From: Polyangiales bacterium
GTDB lineage: Bacteria > Myxococcota_A > Polyangia > Polyangiales > Ga0077539
Length of the DNA stretch: 64,000 nucleotides
Reading direction: 5' to 3'
NCBI GenBank assembly: GCA_044229975.1
Contig: JBGARZ010000002.1
Location: 448,001-512,000 of the forward strand
Positions 53,663 through 63,161 of the stretch are shown here, in pieces. The position numbers and the translations under genes are program-made. The notes under the pieces were generated by a model that worked only from the letters and a program-made list of their open reading frames with translations, searched no databases and was not told where the DNA came from. Position 1 is the first letter of the stretch. Each line of letters opens with the position of its first letter.

Positions 53663-54850
53663 ATGGCTGTCCCCGAATCCTTCTCCCCTCGCGCCGCGTG
53701 CGCGCGCTGCCTGCGACCGATCGCGCTGTGCTGGTGCGCCCACCTCACGCGCCTCGACACCCGCACCCGCGTGGTGCTGCTCCAGCACCCGCGCGAGCGC
53801 ACCGTCGCCATCGGCACCGCTCGCATGGCGAGCCTGTGCCTCCCCAACTCCGAGCTCCACGTCGGCGTCGAGTGGGACCAGTCCGCCGCCCTCGCCCGCG
53901 CGCTCTCCGACCCCGCCCGCCCCGCGGCACTACTGTACCCCGGCGAGGGTGCCGTCGACGTCGTCGCGCACCCGCCGTCGGGTCCCATCACGCTCGTCGT
54001 CGTCGATGGGACGTGGAGCCACACGCGCAAGCTCGTGCGCCTCAACCCCGCGCTCGCGGCGTTGCCGAGGTACTCGTTTACGCCGCCCGCGCCGAGCGAG
54101 TACCGCATCCGCCGCGAGCCGAAGGAGACCTTCGTGTCGACGCTCGAAGCGCTGGTGCATGTGCTCGGCGCCATCGAGGGGGAGCCCGAACGGTTCCGCG
54201 CGATGCTCGCCCCCTTCCGCGCGATGATCGACGCGCAGATCGCCTGCGAGGCCGAGCGACAGCACCACCGGGGGCGTGGTCCGCGACCGCCGAAGCCGCC
54301 GCGACCGCGGTTGCCGTCACCGCTCGCGGGGCGCGCGGCCGACGTGGTGTGCGTCATCGGCGAGGCCAACGCGTGGCCCCGCGGCGCCGACCGATCGCCC
54401 GCCCCCTTCGCGCAGGAGCTCGTGCAGTGGATCGCACACCGACCGGCGACGGGCGAGACCTTCGAGGCGATCGTCAGGCCGCAGCGCCCGGTGTCGCCCG
54501 CCATCGAGTCGCAGACGGGCCTTCGCGCCGACGAGGTGATGTCGGGCGAGAGCGTCGCGGAGGCGATGGCGCGTTGGCGCGAGTTCATCCGCGAGACCGA
54601 CCTCGTGTGCGCGTGGGGTGACTACGGGACGCAGCTCTTCGACGCCGTCGGCGGCTACATCCCCGGCGCGCTCATCGACCTGCGACGGCACGCGCGCATC
54701 GAGGCCAACGACAAGGTAGGCGGGCCGCTCGAATACCTCGCGAGCCTCGGTGGAGCGGAGGACGAGACGACGCCCGTCGGACGAGCGCGATCGGGAGTGC
54801 GACTGGGTCAGATCGTGGCGGTGGCACGCAGGCTCGCCGCGACGGGGTGA
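53663..54850 (+). CDS. tapT: DTW-domain tRNA-uridine aminocarboxypropyltransferase with a C-terminal exonuclease-like domain
   Basis: CARC..P..LCWC, LQHPRE, GTAR, LLYP, VVDGTW, YRIRREP, STLEA. Confidence 0.85.
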   Translation: MAVPESFSPRAACARCLRPIALCWCAHLTRLDTRTRVVLLQHPRERTVAIGTARMASLCLPNSELHVGVEWDQSAALARALSDPARPAALLYPGEGAVDVVAHPPSGPITLVVVDGTWSHTRKLVRLNPALAALPRYSFTPPAPSEYRIRREPKETFVSTLEALVHVLGAIEGEPERFRAMLAPFRAMIDAQIACEAERQHHRGRGPRPPKPPRPRLPSPLAGRAADVVCVIGEANAWPRGADRSPAPFAQELVQWIAHRPATGETFEAIVRPQRPVSPAIESQTGLRADEVMSGESVAEAMARWREFIRETDLVCAWGDYGTQLFDAVGGYIPGALIDLRRHARIEANDKVGGPLEYLASLGGAEDETTPVGRARSGVRLGQIVAVARRLAATG

Positions 54851-54858
54851 TGGCGGGT

Positions 54859-54892
54859 CCGCCCGAAGGAGAGAGGTCCCTCCTCCGGGCGG
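54859..54892 (-). terminator. Long hairpin between the convergent tuf paralogue and tapT
   Basis: Minus-strand CCGCCCGGAGGAG-GGACCTCT-CTCCTTCGGGCGG, 13-bp stem with one G-U pair, 14 nt after the tuf stop. Confidence 0.65.
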
Positions 54893-54905
54893 TTCCCTGG
54901 TGGGG

Positions 54906-56081
<1,176 letters not shown>

Positions 56082-56140
56082 TGGATATTACCTCCTGTGC
56101 ATCGGACCAAATAGGCGTTGGTCCGAAGGTGTGATGCGCC

Positions 56141-56183
56141 AGAACGCGAAAACCCCCTCCTGCGGTGTCGCGGGAGGGGGTTT
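56141..56183 (-). terminator. Intrinsic terminator (attenuator) in the tuf leader
   Basis: Minus strand AAACCCCCTCC-C-GCG-ACAC-CGC-A-GGAGGGGG-TTTTCGCGTTCT. Confidence 0.8.
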
Positions 56184-56212
56184 CGATGGAAGCGTCGGTA
56201 GCGGTTGTCGGC

Positions 56213-56317
56213 TTACCTGTGTGACGCTCGTTCGTGGCCCTCTCGCGCGCAGCGATCCGCTGACAGCGCTGAAGCGCTGGCTGAGCGGACTGATGCGTTG
56301 AGGGCTGAGAGGCGCAT
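56213..56317 (-). CDS. Putative 34-aa leader peptide (uORF) MRLSALNASVRSASASALSADRCAREGHERASHR
   Basis: ATG 10 nt after the -10 box; ends TAA about 30 nt before the terminator; overlaps the antiterminator arm. Not in the ORF track. Confidence 0.7.
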   Translation of the reverse strand: MRLSALNASVRSASASALSADRCAREGHERASHR

Positions 56318-56327
56318 TGCGGGTGCG

Positions 56328-56356
56328 ACCATGAACCCATGCCGAGAGAGTGTCAA
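56328..56356 (-). promoter_or_regulatory. Sigma70-type promoter of the tuf paralogue leader
   Basis: Perfect TTGACA, 17-nt spacer, CATGGT; the -35 overlaps the stop codon of the upstream oxidoreductase. Confidence 0.65.
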
Positions 56357-57942
56357 GAACCCTCTGCAACAAGCGTCGTCGCCGCCGTCACCCCCGCTCG
56401 GACGGCCGCCTCGGTGCTCGGCGTCGGTTGCGACGACTTCACCCAGTCACCGGCGAAGAGGAGGTTGTCGTATCCCGATACACGCGCGCCCAACCGATAC
56501 TTCCAGTGCCCTGGCTCGGCGAGCAGGTATCGCATGTGGTGCGCCGTGTTGCGGCGAAACTCCCAGCGGTGTCCGTCCTCGCGCGCGAAGACCTTGGCGG
56601 CGTCGAAGCGCGTGCCATCAACGAACGGAAGACCGCCAAGGTTCTTCAACATCCGCCGCACGAGCTCGTTGTCGGTGAGCTCGCCGTCGAGGCCCTCCTG
56701 GCCGAGCATCTCCACCACGCTGCCTCGCCCCGGTCGCAGCGCGGCGACCCGGTTGGCGTAGTCGATCACCGTCGCCGCGGGCTGCGGCGTGCCCAGCACC
56801 ACCGTGTCGTAGTCCGACGGAAACACCCGCTCCGACAGCCACGCGCGCAGGCTGATGGACGCCACCGTCCGCAGCTTCCACAGCCCGCGCAGCTCGCGGT
56901 GGTCGAGCACCGACGCGTCGAAGTCCGGCGTCGTCCGCAGGAGCGCGCGCAGGCTGTCCACGGGCAGCGCGGAGATGACCACGTCGAAGTCCTCGCCGAC
57001 CTTCAGCACGCGCTCGACGCTGCCCGCGGGCGGCGCCGGGTCGCCCTTCGGATACGGCGCCTCGGCCAGCGGGTCGCCACCCTCGAAGGGCTCGACGCGC
57101 ACGTGCTCGAAGACGCCGCTGATGGGGACGGCGTTCGCCATGGAGCGCAGCACCACCTCGCGGACCCGCTGCCCCTTCGGGTCGAGCGTGAGGCGCGTCG
57201 CCTTCGTACAGAACTCGATGGTGCCGCCCGACTCACGGAAGGCGCGGGCGATGGGTTCGATGAGCACCTCGCCCACCGGACCATTGAAGTAGAGAACGGT
57301 CGGCTTCTTGAAACCGGCCATGTCGCGAAAGCCCTTCACGCCGACGTACGCTGACCCCTCGCTGGGATAGTTGTAGGTCAGGTCGAACAGGTACCTGAAC
57401 CACGGGAGTCGGGTGAGGTCAGCGTCGAGCCCGTGCGCCACACACCAGGGCGTGAAGCCGTCCTCGTCCATCGACGGCGGTGGATCGCCCTTCCAGAACT
57501 CCACCGCCATCCGCGCGAAGAAGAGCCCGAGCCGAAGTTTCTGCGAGGGGTTCATCCCGCGGTAGGTGAAGAAGTCGGACTCCAGCAGCGCACGCACGTC
57601 GAGCGGCCCCGACGGTAGGCGCAGCGTGTTGACCGCGTTGGCGCCCGAGTCGTAGATGCGATGAACGCCACCGTTGTCGGTAAACCACCGTTCATCGGAC
57701 ACCGAGCGGCCGCAGCGCGCGAGGAGCTTCGGCACCGCCGTGTAATATCCGAAGAGGGAGTGAAACCCCGTCTCCATGTAGCGCCCGTCGGGCAGGCGCC
57801 AGCTCGCGGCCTTGCCTCCGAGTCGGCCCTCCATGCAGACCAGCGTCACGTCGTAGCGCTCGCGCGCCTGGTCGAGAATCTCCAGACCCGCCGCGAGGCC
57901 CGCGAGGCCCCCGCCCAGGATCAACACCCGCTTCTTGGTCAC
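56353..57942 (-). CDS. FAD-dependent oxidoreductase, phytoene/zeta-carotene desaturase (amine oxidase) superfamily
   Basis: VLILGGGLAGL, LGGKAASW, ETGFHSLFGYY, NLLFAGDWV, EAAVRAG. Confidence 0.85.
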   Translation of the reverse strand: MTKKRVLILGGGLAGLAAGLEILDQARERYDVTLVCMEGRLGGKAASWRLPDGRYMETGFHSLFGYYTAVPKLLARCGRSVSDERWFTDNGGVHRIYDSGANAVNTLRLPSGPLDVRALLESDFFTYRGMNPSQKLRLGLFFARMAVEFWKGDPPPSMDEDGFTPWCVAHGLDADLTRLPWFRYLFDLTYNYPSEGSAYVGVKGFRDMAGFKKPTVLYFNGPVGEVLIEPIARAFRESGGTIEFCTKATRLTLDPKGQRVREVVLRSMANAVPISGVFEHVRVEPFEGGDPLAEAPYPKGDPAPPAGSVERVLKVGEDFDVVISALPVDSLRALLRTTPDFDASVLDHRELRGLWKLRTVASISLRAWLSERVFPSDYDTVVLGTPQPAATVIDYANRVAALRPGRGSVVEMLGQEGLDGELTDNELVRRMLKNLGGLPFVDGTRFDAAKVFAREDGHRWEFRRNTAHHMRYLLAEPGHWKYRLGARVSGYDNLLFAGDWVKSSQPTPSTEAAVRAGVTAATTLVAEGS

Positions 57943-57952
57943 GCCGTCACCC

Positions 57953-59380
57953 TCAGATCTTCTTGAGCACCACGTCGCGCCGCGCCTCGCCACGGAGCGT
58001 TCCGTCGACGCTGGTCGCGATCACCCGCGCCCGCAGCCGCTCGCCCCGGGGCATCGCCCCTTCGTCCACCACCATCACGCTCACGTCGAGCCCGTCGCGG
58101 CGCATCAGCACCTCGCCCGACTGCCGCTCCAACAGAAACCGGTACCGCAGCGGCACCTGCGGATCTCGCCGCTTCACCCTCCACGAAAACACCGCCAGCC
58201 CCACGTCGTTTCGGCTCACGTCCATGGTGAGCTTCGGGTCGTCGTATCGCTTGATGAGCTCGGCGAAGGCCACTCCCTTCACGGCCTTCCCCCGACACAA
58301 TCCGCTCACCCGACACGAGCCCTCCCAGAACGACCCCGCGCGATTGACCACTCCCCCGGTGAGCGCCGCCGCCAACGCGACCCACGGTCGGCCGTCGTCG
58401 TCGACGATGGGTGTGAGCTGGTCGTGGTGGCGCGGCGTGATCTCCAGGTCGGTGTCCCACTCCGCGGCCCGAAAGCGCCAGCCCGCCGAGTACACGGCGC
58501 CCTGTTTGGGCGAGCGCCAGAAGCGCGTGCGGGTGAAGTCGTGGTTGCCGATGATGCGCTTGAACTCACCATCGGCCGTGATGAGCCCGGCGCCCCCGAA
58601 GGCTTCCACGGAGGGGGAGGTCTCATCGGGGTTCCAGACCGTGGTGAGCATGATCTCGTCCCGCGAGTCGAGCTGGATGCTCATCCACTCGTACTCTTCC
58701 AACATGCGATTGCGGAACGGGGTGACGAAGAAATCTCCCCATTGGTGATCGAACCAACCGATACCCGCCACGGAGACCGTCTCGGCGCCGAGGCGCAGCG
58801 TACCCTTTGCCGCCAGGCGGGTCAGTGAGTAGTAGGAGAACCACCCGCTATCGGCGAAGGGCAGATATCCGATACCGCCTGCCTCGTAGGGGACCTTTTC
58901 GTTCTTGAGGTTGAGCTCGACCGCGAACTTCCCTGCGTCGTCGATGGCGCTCAGCTTCGACGAGAAGTCGGTGTCCACCGAGACCCAGCGGTCTTCCCCG
59001 CCGGGGTGCTTGAAGAGCGTGTCGAGGCGCCCCGACGCGGCGCGCAGCGTCCCCAGCGTGGTGCCCGTCCAGGCGCCCAGGTAGCGGTCTTCGCTGTCCC
59101 AGGCCCGCACCACGAGGAAGCGCAGGTGCTGGGTGAAGTACGCGGCGAAGACCACAAAGGTCCTCCCCTGGCCGCCCTTCTCCTCCTCAACATGGGCGTT
59201 GAGGTAGATCCACTCCATGTGACAAGGGCCGGGCGACGTGATCGATCGCTCTGCGGACCCTGAAATCCCCAACCGGTGATGCCAGCCCTCGTCGAGGGGA
59301 AAGGTCAGCGCGCTGCTCTTGCGGTGATACGGCTTGTTCCGCCAGGGCGCGTCGGGCACCACGGGTCCGTCGCCGGGCAT
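57953..59380 (-). CDS. CrtC/AttH-like tandem lipocalin-fold protein
   Basis: HMEWIYLNAH, YYSLTRL, GWFDHQWG, EWMSIQL, FWEG, GVAFAEL; TGATG coupling to xdh. Confidence 0.8.
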   Translation of the reverse strand: MPGDGPVVPDAPWRNKPYHRKSSALTFPLDEGWHHRLGISGSAERSITSPGPCHMEWIYLNAHVEEEKGGQGRTFVVFAAYFTQHLRFLVVRAWDSEDRYLGAWTGTTLGTLRAASGRLDTLFKHPGGEDRWVSVDTDFSSKLSAIDDAGKFAVELNLKNEKVPYEAGGIGYLPFADSGWFSYYSLTRLAAKGTLRLGAETVSVAGIGWFDHQWGDFFVTPFRNRMLEEYEWMSIQLDSRDEIMLTTVWNPDETSPSVEAFGGAGLITADGEFKRIIGNHDFTRTRFWRSPKQGAVYSAGWRFRAAEWDTDLEITPRHHDQLTPIVDDDGRPWVALAAALTGGVVNRAGSFWEGSCRVSGLCRGKAVKGVAFAELIKRYDDPKLTMDVSRNDVGLAVFSWRVKRRDPQVPLRYRFLLERQSGEVLMRRDGLDVSVMVVDEGAMPRGERLRARVIATSVDGTLRGEARRDVVLKKI

Positions 59381-62300
59381 CAGACCGACGCCGCGCGAAT
59401 CGCCGTCAGGATGGCCTCGTGCGTCGCGGGAGACGCGAGCGGCACCACGCCGGGCTTCGTCGCGAAGGCCGCCACCGCCTCGCGAATCGCCTCGCGCGCG
59501 CTGATCGCCAGCATCAAGGGCGGCTCGCCCACGGCCTTGCTGCCGTGCACCGTGTTGGACTGCGCCGCGTCGGGCAGCAGGGCGACCCGGAAGTCCCTCG
59601 GCGCGTCGCTGAACGCGGGGATCTGATAGGTGCTCGCCGAGTGCGTGAGGAGGCGCCCCTTGGCGTCCCAGAGGAGTTCTTCGCCGGTGAGCCAGCCGAC
59701 ACCCTGGACGTAGCCGCCTTCCACCTGTCCGCGGTCGACGCCGGGGTTCAGCGAGTCGCCGACATCGTGGAGGATGTCCGTCCGCAGGATGCGCTTCATC
59801 CCGGTATAACCGTCGACCTCGACCTCGGTGACGGCCGCGCCGAAGGCGAAGTAGTGGAAGGGCTTTCCCCGACCCGCGGCCTTGTCGTAATGGACGCCGG
59901 GCGTTCGGTAGAAGCCCGTCGCCGACATCGGGGTCTGCTTGAGGTACGCGCACTCGGTCAGCTTGTGGTCAATGGCCTGCGATCGCCCATTGGCCACAAA
60001 CGCCTGGCCGTCCCATTGCACATCGTCGAGCGGCGCTTCGAGGAGGTACGCCGCGATGGGTCGCAGCCGGTCGCGCAGCGTCAGGCACGCGTCGCGCACC
60101 GCCGCGCCGTTGAGGTCTGCGCCCGCGCTCGCCGCCGTCGCCGACGTGTTGGGAACCTTGTCCGTCGCGGTCTTCATCACGCGGACGTGGTCGCGGTCGA
60201 GACCCAGCTCGCGCATCGCGATACCAAGGATCTTGGTGTTGAGCCCCTGGCCCATCTCGGTTCCGCCGTGGTTCACCTGGAGCGAGCCGTCACGGTAGAG
60301 GTGCAGGAGCGCGCCCGCCTGGTTGAGGAACGTCGCCGTAAACGAGATGCCGAACTTCACCGGGGTGATGGCGATGCCCCGCTTGATGCGGGCGCTCTGT
60401 CCGTTGAAGCGAGCGACCTCCGCGCGGCGGGCGACGAAGTCCGATGACGCCATGACGCCCGACCAGATGCGGTCGAGGCGATTGTCTTCAATCAACTCGC
60501 CGTAGTGGGTGGTGTTGGACTCGCCCTCACCGCGGTAGAGGTTGCGCTCGCGCACCGCGTGCGCTTCGAGTCCGAGCGTGCGCGCGACGCGGTCGACGAT
60601 GTCCTCCATCACCACCATGCCCTGCGGGCCGCCGAAGCCGCGGAAGGCCGTGTGCGAGCAGACGTTGGTCTTCGCCACGCGGCCGAAGAAGTCGACCGCG
60701 GGGATGTAGTAGGCGTTGTCGAGGTGGAAGAGCGCGCGGTCGCAGATGGACTCCGACAGGTCCAACGCCCAGCCGCCGTCGGCGGTGAGGTCGACCTTCG
60801 CGGCGAGGAGCGTTCCGTCGTCGTCGAAGCCGACTTCCCAGGTCGCGAAGAAGGGGTGCCGCTTGCCTGTGAGCGCGAGGTCGAGGTCGCGCTCAACCTG
60901 CACCCTGACGGCGCGACCCGTCTTCATCGCCGCGAGCGCGACGAGCGCCGCCCAGGTGTTGCCCTGGGTCTCCTTGCCACCGAATCCGCCGCCCATGCGC
61001 GGGGCCTGCACGACGACCTTGTTTCGCGGGAGGTGCAGCACGTGCGAGACGACCGCCTGCACCTCGGACGGGTGCTGCGTCGACGAGCGAACCACCACGT
61101 CGCCGTCGTCGCCGGGCTCGGCCGACGCGGCGTGCGTCTCCAGATAGAAGTGCTCCTGACCGCCGATGTGCATGGTTCCGCGGAGGCGGTGCGGGGCACG
61201 GGAGAGGGCGTCGGTGACGTCGCCGCGCGCGATGCGATGACCGTTGGTGTGGAAGCTGTCGGCCGCGATGGCGGCCTCGGCGCCGAGGACGATGGGCAGC
61301 GGCTCGTACTCGACGACGACCGCGGCGGCGGCGCGGCGGGCGAGGGTCTCGTCGTCGGCGATGACAACCGCGACGAGGTGCCCGTGGAAGCAGACCTCGG
61401 TGGCCGCGAGCAGGGTCTCGTCCTGGCGCACGGCGCCGACGTCGTTGGCGCCGGGGATGTCCTCGGCGAGCAGCACCGCCACGACCCCGGGCATGGCGCG
61501 GGCGGCCGTCGCGTCGCGGCGAAGGATGCGGGCGTGGGCGTGCGGCGACGTGACGGGCCAGAGCGTGAGCATGTCCTGGCGCTGGGCGTCGTCGTCGACG
61601 TAGCGGGCGACGCCGGTAGCGTGACCGAGGCCGCTCTCGTGGCGCAGCGCGCGGGAGGCGTCGTCGGTCTCGTCGGCGGGCGTGGGGACGTAGTCGAGGG
61701 GAAGGTCCTGCGAGAGCGATCGATCGCCGGAGACGAACTTCTCGAAGAGATTGGGGATGAGCTGACGACGGTAGTCGGCGCCGCCGCGCGCGTCGGTGAT
61801 GGGCGTGAACTCGTCGGCCAGCATCGGGAGCAGGTCGCGAATACCATCGACGGTAAACGGCCGACCGATGAGCGCTGCCTCGGTGCGCTTCGCGCGGACC
61901 GGCGTGGCCGCGACACCGCCGAAGGCGAGGCGGGCGTGGGTGATGATGTTGCTGGCGTCGACGTCGACGACGAAGGCACCTGCGACGATGGAGATGTCCA
62001 TCTCGCGGCGCTTACTGACCTTGAAGCTGTCGGTGTGGCGGTACGGCAGCTCGGGGATCGGATCGAGCGGGACCGCCACCGAGACCATCACCTCGTCGCG
62101 CTCCATCGCGGTCTTGCGGTAGCCAAGGAAGAAGTCTGCGAGCGGCACGGCGCGCCGTCCGCGCACGGAGGCGAGCTCCACGGTCGCGTCGTGGGCCATC
62201 AACACCGGCGCGAGATCGCCGATGGGCGACGCCGTCACAAGGTTGCCCGCCAGGGTCGCGCGGTTGCGGATCTGCCGCGACGCGAACACCGCCAGCATCT

Positions 62301-63129
62301 TGCCGAGAGCCGGGATCGGCCCGCCCAGCTTCTCCTCGATCTCCGTCAACGTCGCCGCACCTCCGATGCGACTCGCCGCGTCGCCGACTTCGATCGCGTG
62401 CAACTCGCGCACGGCCTCCGTCGAGATGAGGTGCGGAAACGCCCGCGGCTTCTTGTTGAGCTCGACGCCCACCTCGGTCGCGCCCGCGACGAGTACGGCG
62501 TCGGGAAACTCCACCCGCAGCGCGAGAAGCTCGGCGAGGCTCTCCGGTCGGTCGAAGCGCTCGCCCTTGTGGCCGTCGACGCGCAGCGAAGATCGCTCAG
62601 GCACCGGCTGGTGCAACCGCAGGTGGAAGCGGTCGCTCGTGTCGCGGTGCTTGAGCGCGTCGCCCATCGCGTCGCGGATGGGACGGTATCCCGTGCAGCG
62701 GCAGAGGTTGCCGTGGAGCTGGTCGGCGACGCGGTGAGCCTCGTCGTGGTCGTCGCGATGGAAGCCCTCGAACATCGACATCACGAAGCCCGGCGTGCAG
62801 TAGCCGCACTGTGATCCGTAGCGGTCGGCCATCGCGCACTGCACCGGGTGGGGACCGCCCTCGGCGAGGCCCTCGACGGAGAGCAGCTCGCGCCCGTCGA
62901 TCATCGGCAACAGCGTGATGCAGCTACAAAACGCCCGCCACGAGGCGCCGCCAGAGGCGTCGCGATCGAGCATCGCGAGCGAGCAGGCGCCGCAGTCGCC
63001 CTCGGCACAGCCCTCCTTGGGGCCGGTGGTTCCGTTGGCGCGGAGCCAGTCGAGGAGCGTGGTTTGAGTGGACTCGCCGGTCACCGTCACCGATCGACCG
63101 TTGAGCGAGAAGCGGATCGCGTCACCCAT
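59380..63129 (-). CDS. xdhB: Xanthine dehydrogenase, single-chain fusion of 2Fe-2S, FAD and molybdopterin domains (XdhA+XdhB)
   Basis: KEGCAEGDCGAC, QCGYCTPG, NLCRCTGY, IRNRATLAGN, QEHFYLE, GGGFGGKE, AFRGFGGPQ, GTEMGQG, SKAVGEPP. Confidence 0.95.
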   Translation of the reverse strand: MGDAIRFSLNGRSVTVTGESTQTTLLDWLRANGTTGPKEGCAEGDCGACSLAMLDRDASGGASWRAFCSCITLLPMIDGRELLSVEGLAEGGPHPVQCAMADRYGSQCGYCTPGFVMSMFEGFHRDDHDEAHRVADQLHGNLCRCTGYRPIRDAMGDALKHRDTSDRFHLRLHQPVPERSSLRVDGHKGERFDRPESLAELLALRVEFPDAVLVAGATEVGVELNKKPRAFPHLISTEAVRELHAIEVGDAASRIGGAATLTEIEEKLGGPIPALGKMLAVFASRQIRNRATLAGNLVTASPIGDLAPVLMAHDATVELASVRGRRAVPLADFFLGYRKTAMERDEVMVSVAVPLDPIPELPYRHTDSFKVSKRREMDISIVAGAFVVDVDASNIITHARLAFGGVAATPVRAKRTEAALIGRPFTVDGIRDLLPMLADEFTPITDARGGADYRRQLIPNLFEKFVSGDRSLSQDLPLDYVPTPADETDDASRALRHESGLGHATGVARYVDDDAQRQDMLTLWPVTSPHAHARILRRDATAARAMPGVVAVLLAEDIPGANDVGAVRQDETLLAATEVCFHGHLVAVVIADDETLARRAAAAVVVEYEPLPIVLGAEAAIAADSFHTNGHRIARGDVTDALSRAPHRLRGTMHIGGQEHFYLETHAASAEPGDDGDVVVRSSTQHPSEVQAVVSHVLHLPRNKVVVQAPRMGGGFGGKETQGNTWAALVALAAMKTGRAVRVQVERDLDLALTGKRHPFFATWEVGFDDDGTLLAAKVDLTADGGWALDLSESICDRALFHLDNAYYIPAVDFFGRVAKTNVCSHTAFRGFGGPQGMVVMEDIVDRVARTLGLEAHAVRERNLYRGEGESNTTHYGELIEDNRLDRIWSGVMASSDFVARRAEVARFNGQSARIKRGIAITPVKFGISFTATFLNQAGALLHLYRDGSLQVNHGGTEMGQGLNTKILGIAMRELGLDRDHVRVMKTATDKVPNTSATAASAGADLNGAAVRDACLTLRDRLRPIAAYLLEAPLDDVQWDGQAFVANGRSQAIDHKLTECAYLKQTPMSATGFYRTPGVHYDKAAGRGKPFHYFAFGAAVTEVEVDGYTGMKRILRTDILHDVGDSLNPGVDRGQVEGGYVQGVGWLTGEELLWDAKGRLLTHSASTYQIPAFSDAPRDFRVALLPDAAQSNTVHGSKAVGEPPLMLAISAREAIREAVAAFATKPGVVPLASPATHEAILTAIRAASV

Positions 63130-63161
63130 GGGAGATGCCGCGGAGACTACACCAGCGCCCC

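Noticed and set aside
56353..59380. Carotenoid biosynthesis cluster
   Set aside because: Only family-level resemblance to CrtC and desaturases; no crtB, crtE or crtI in the window.
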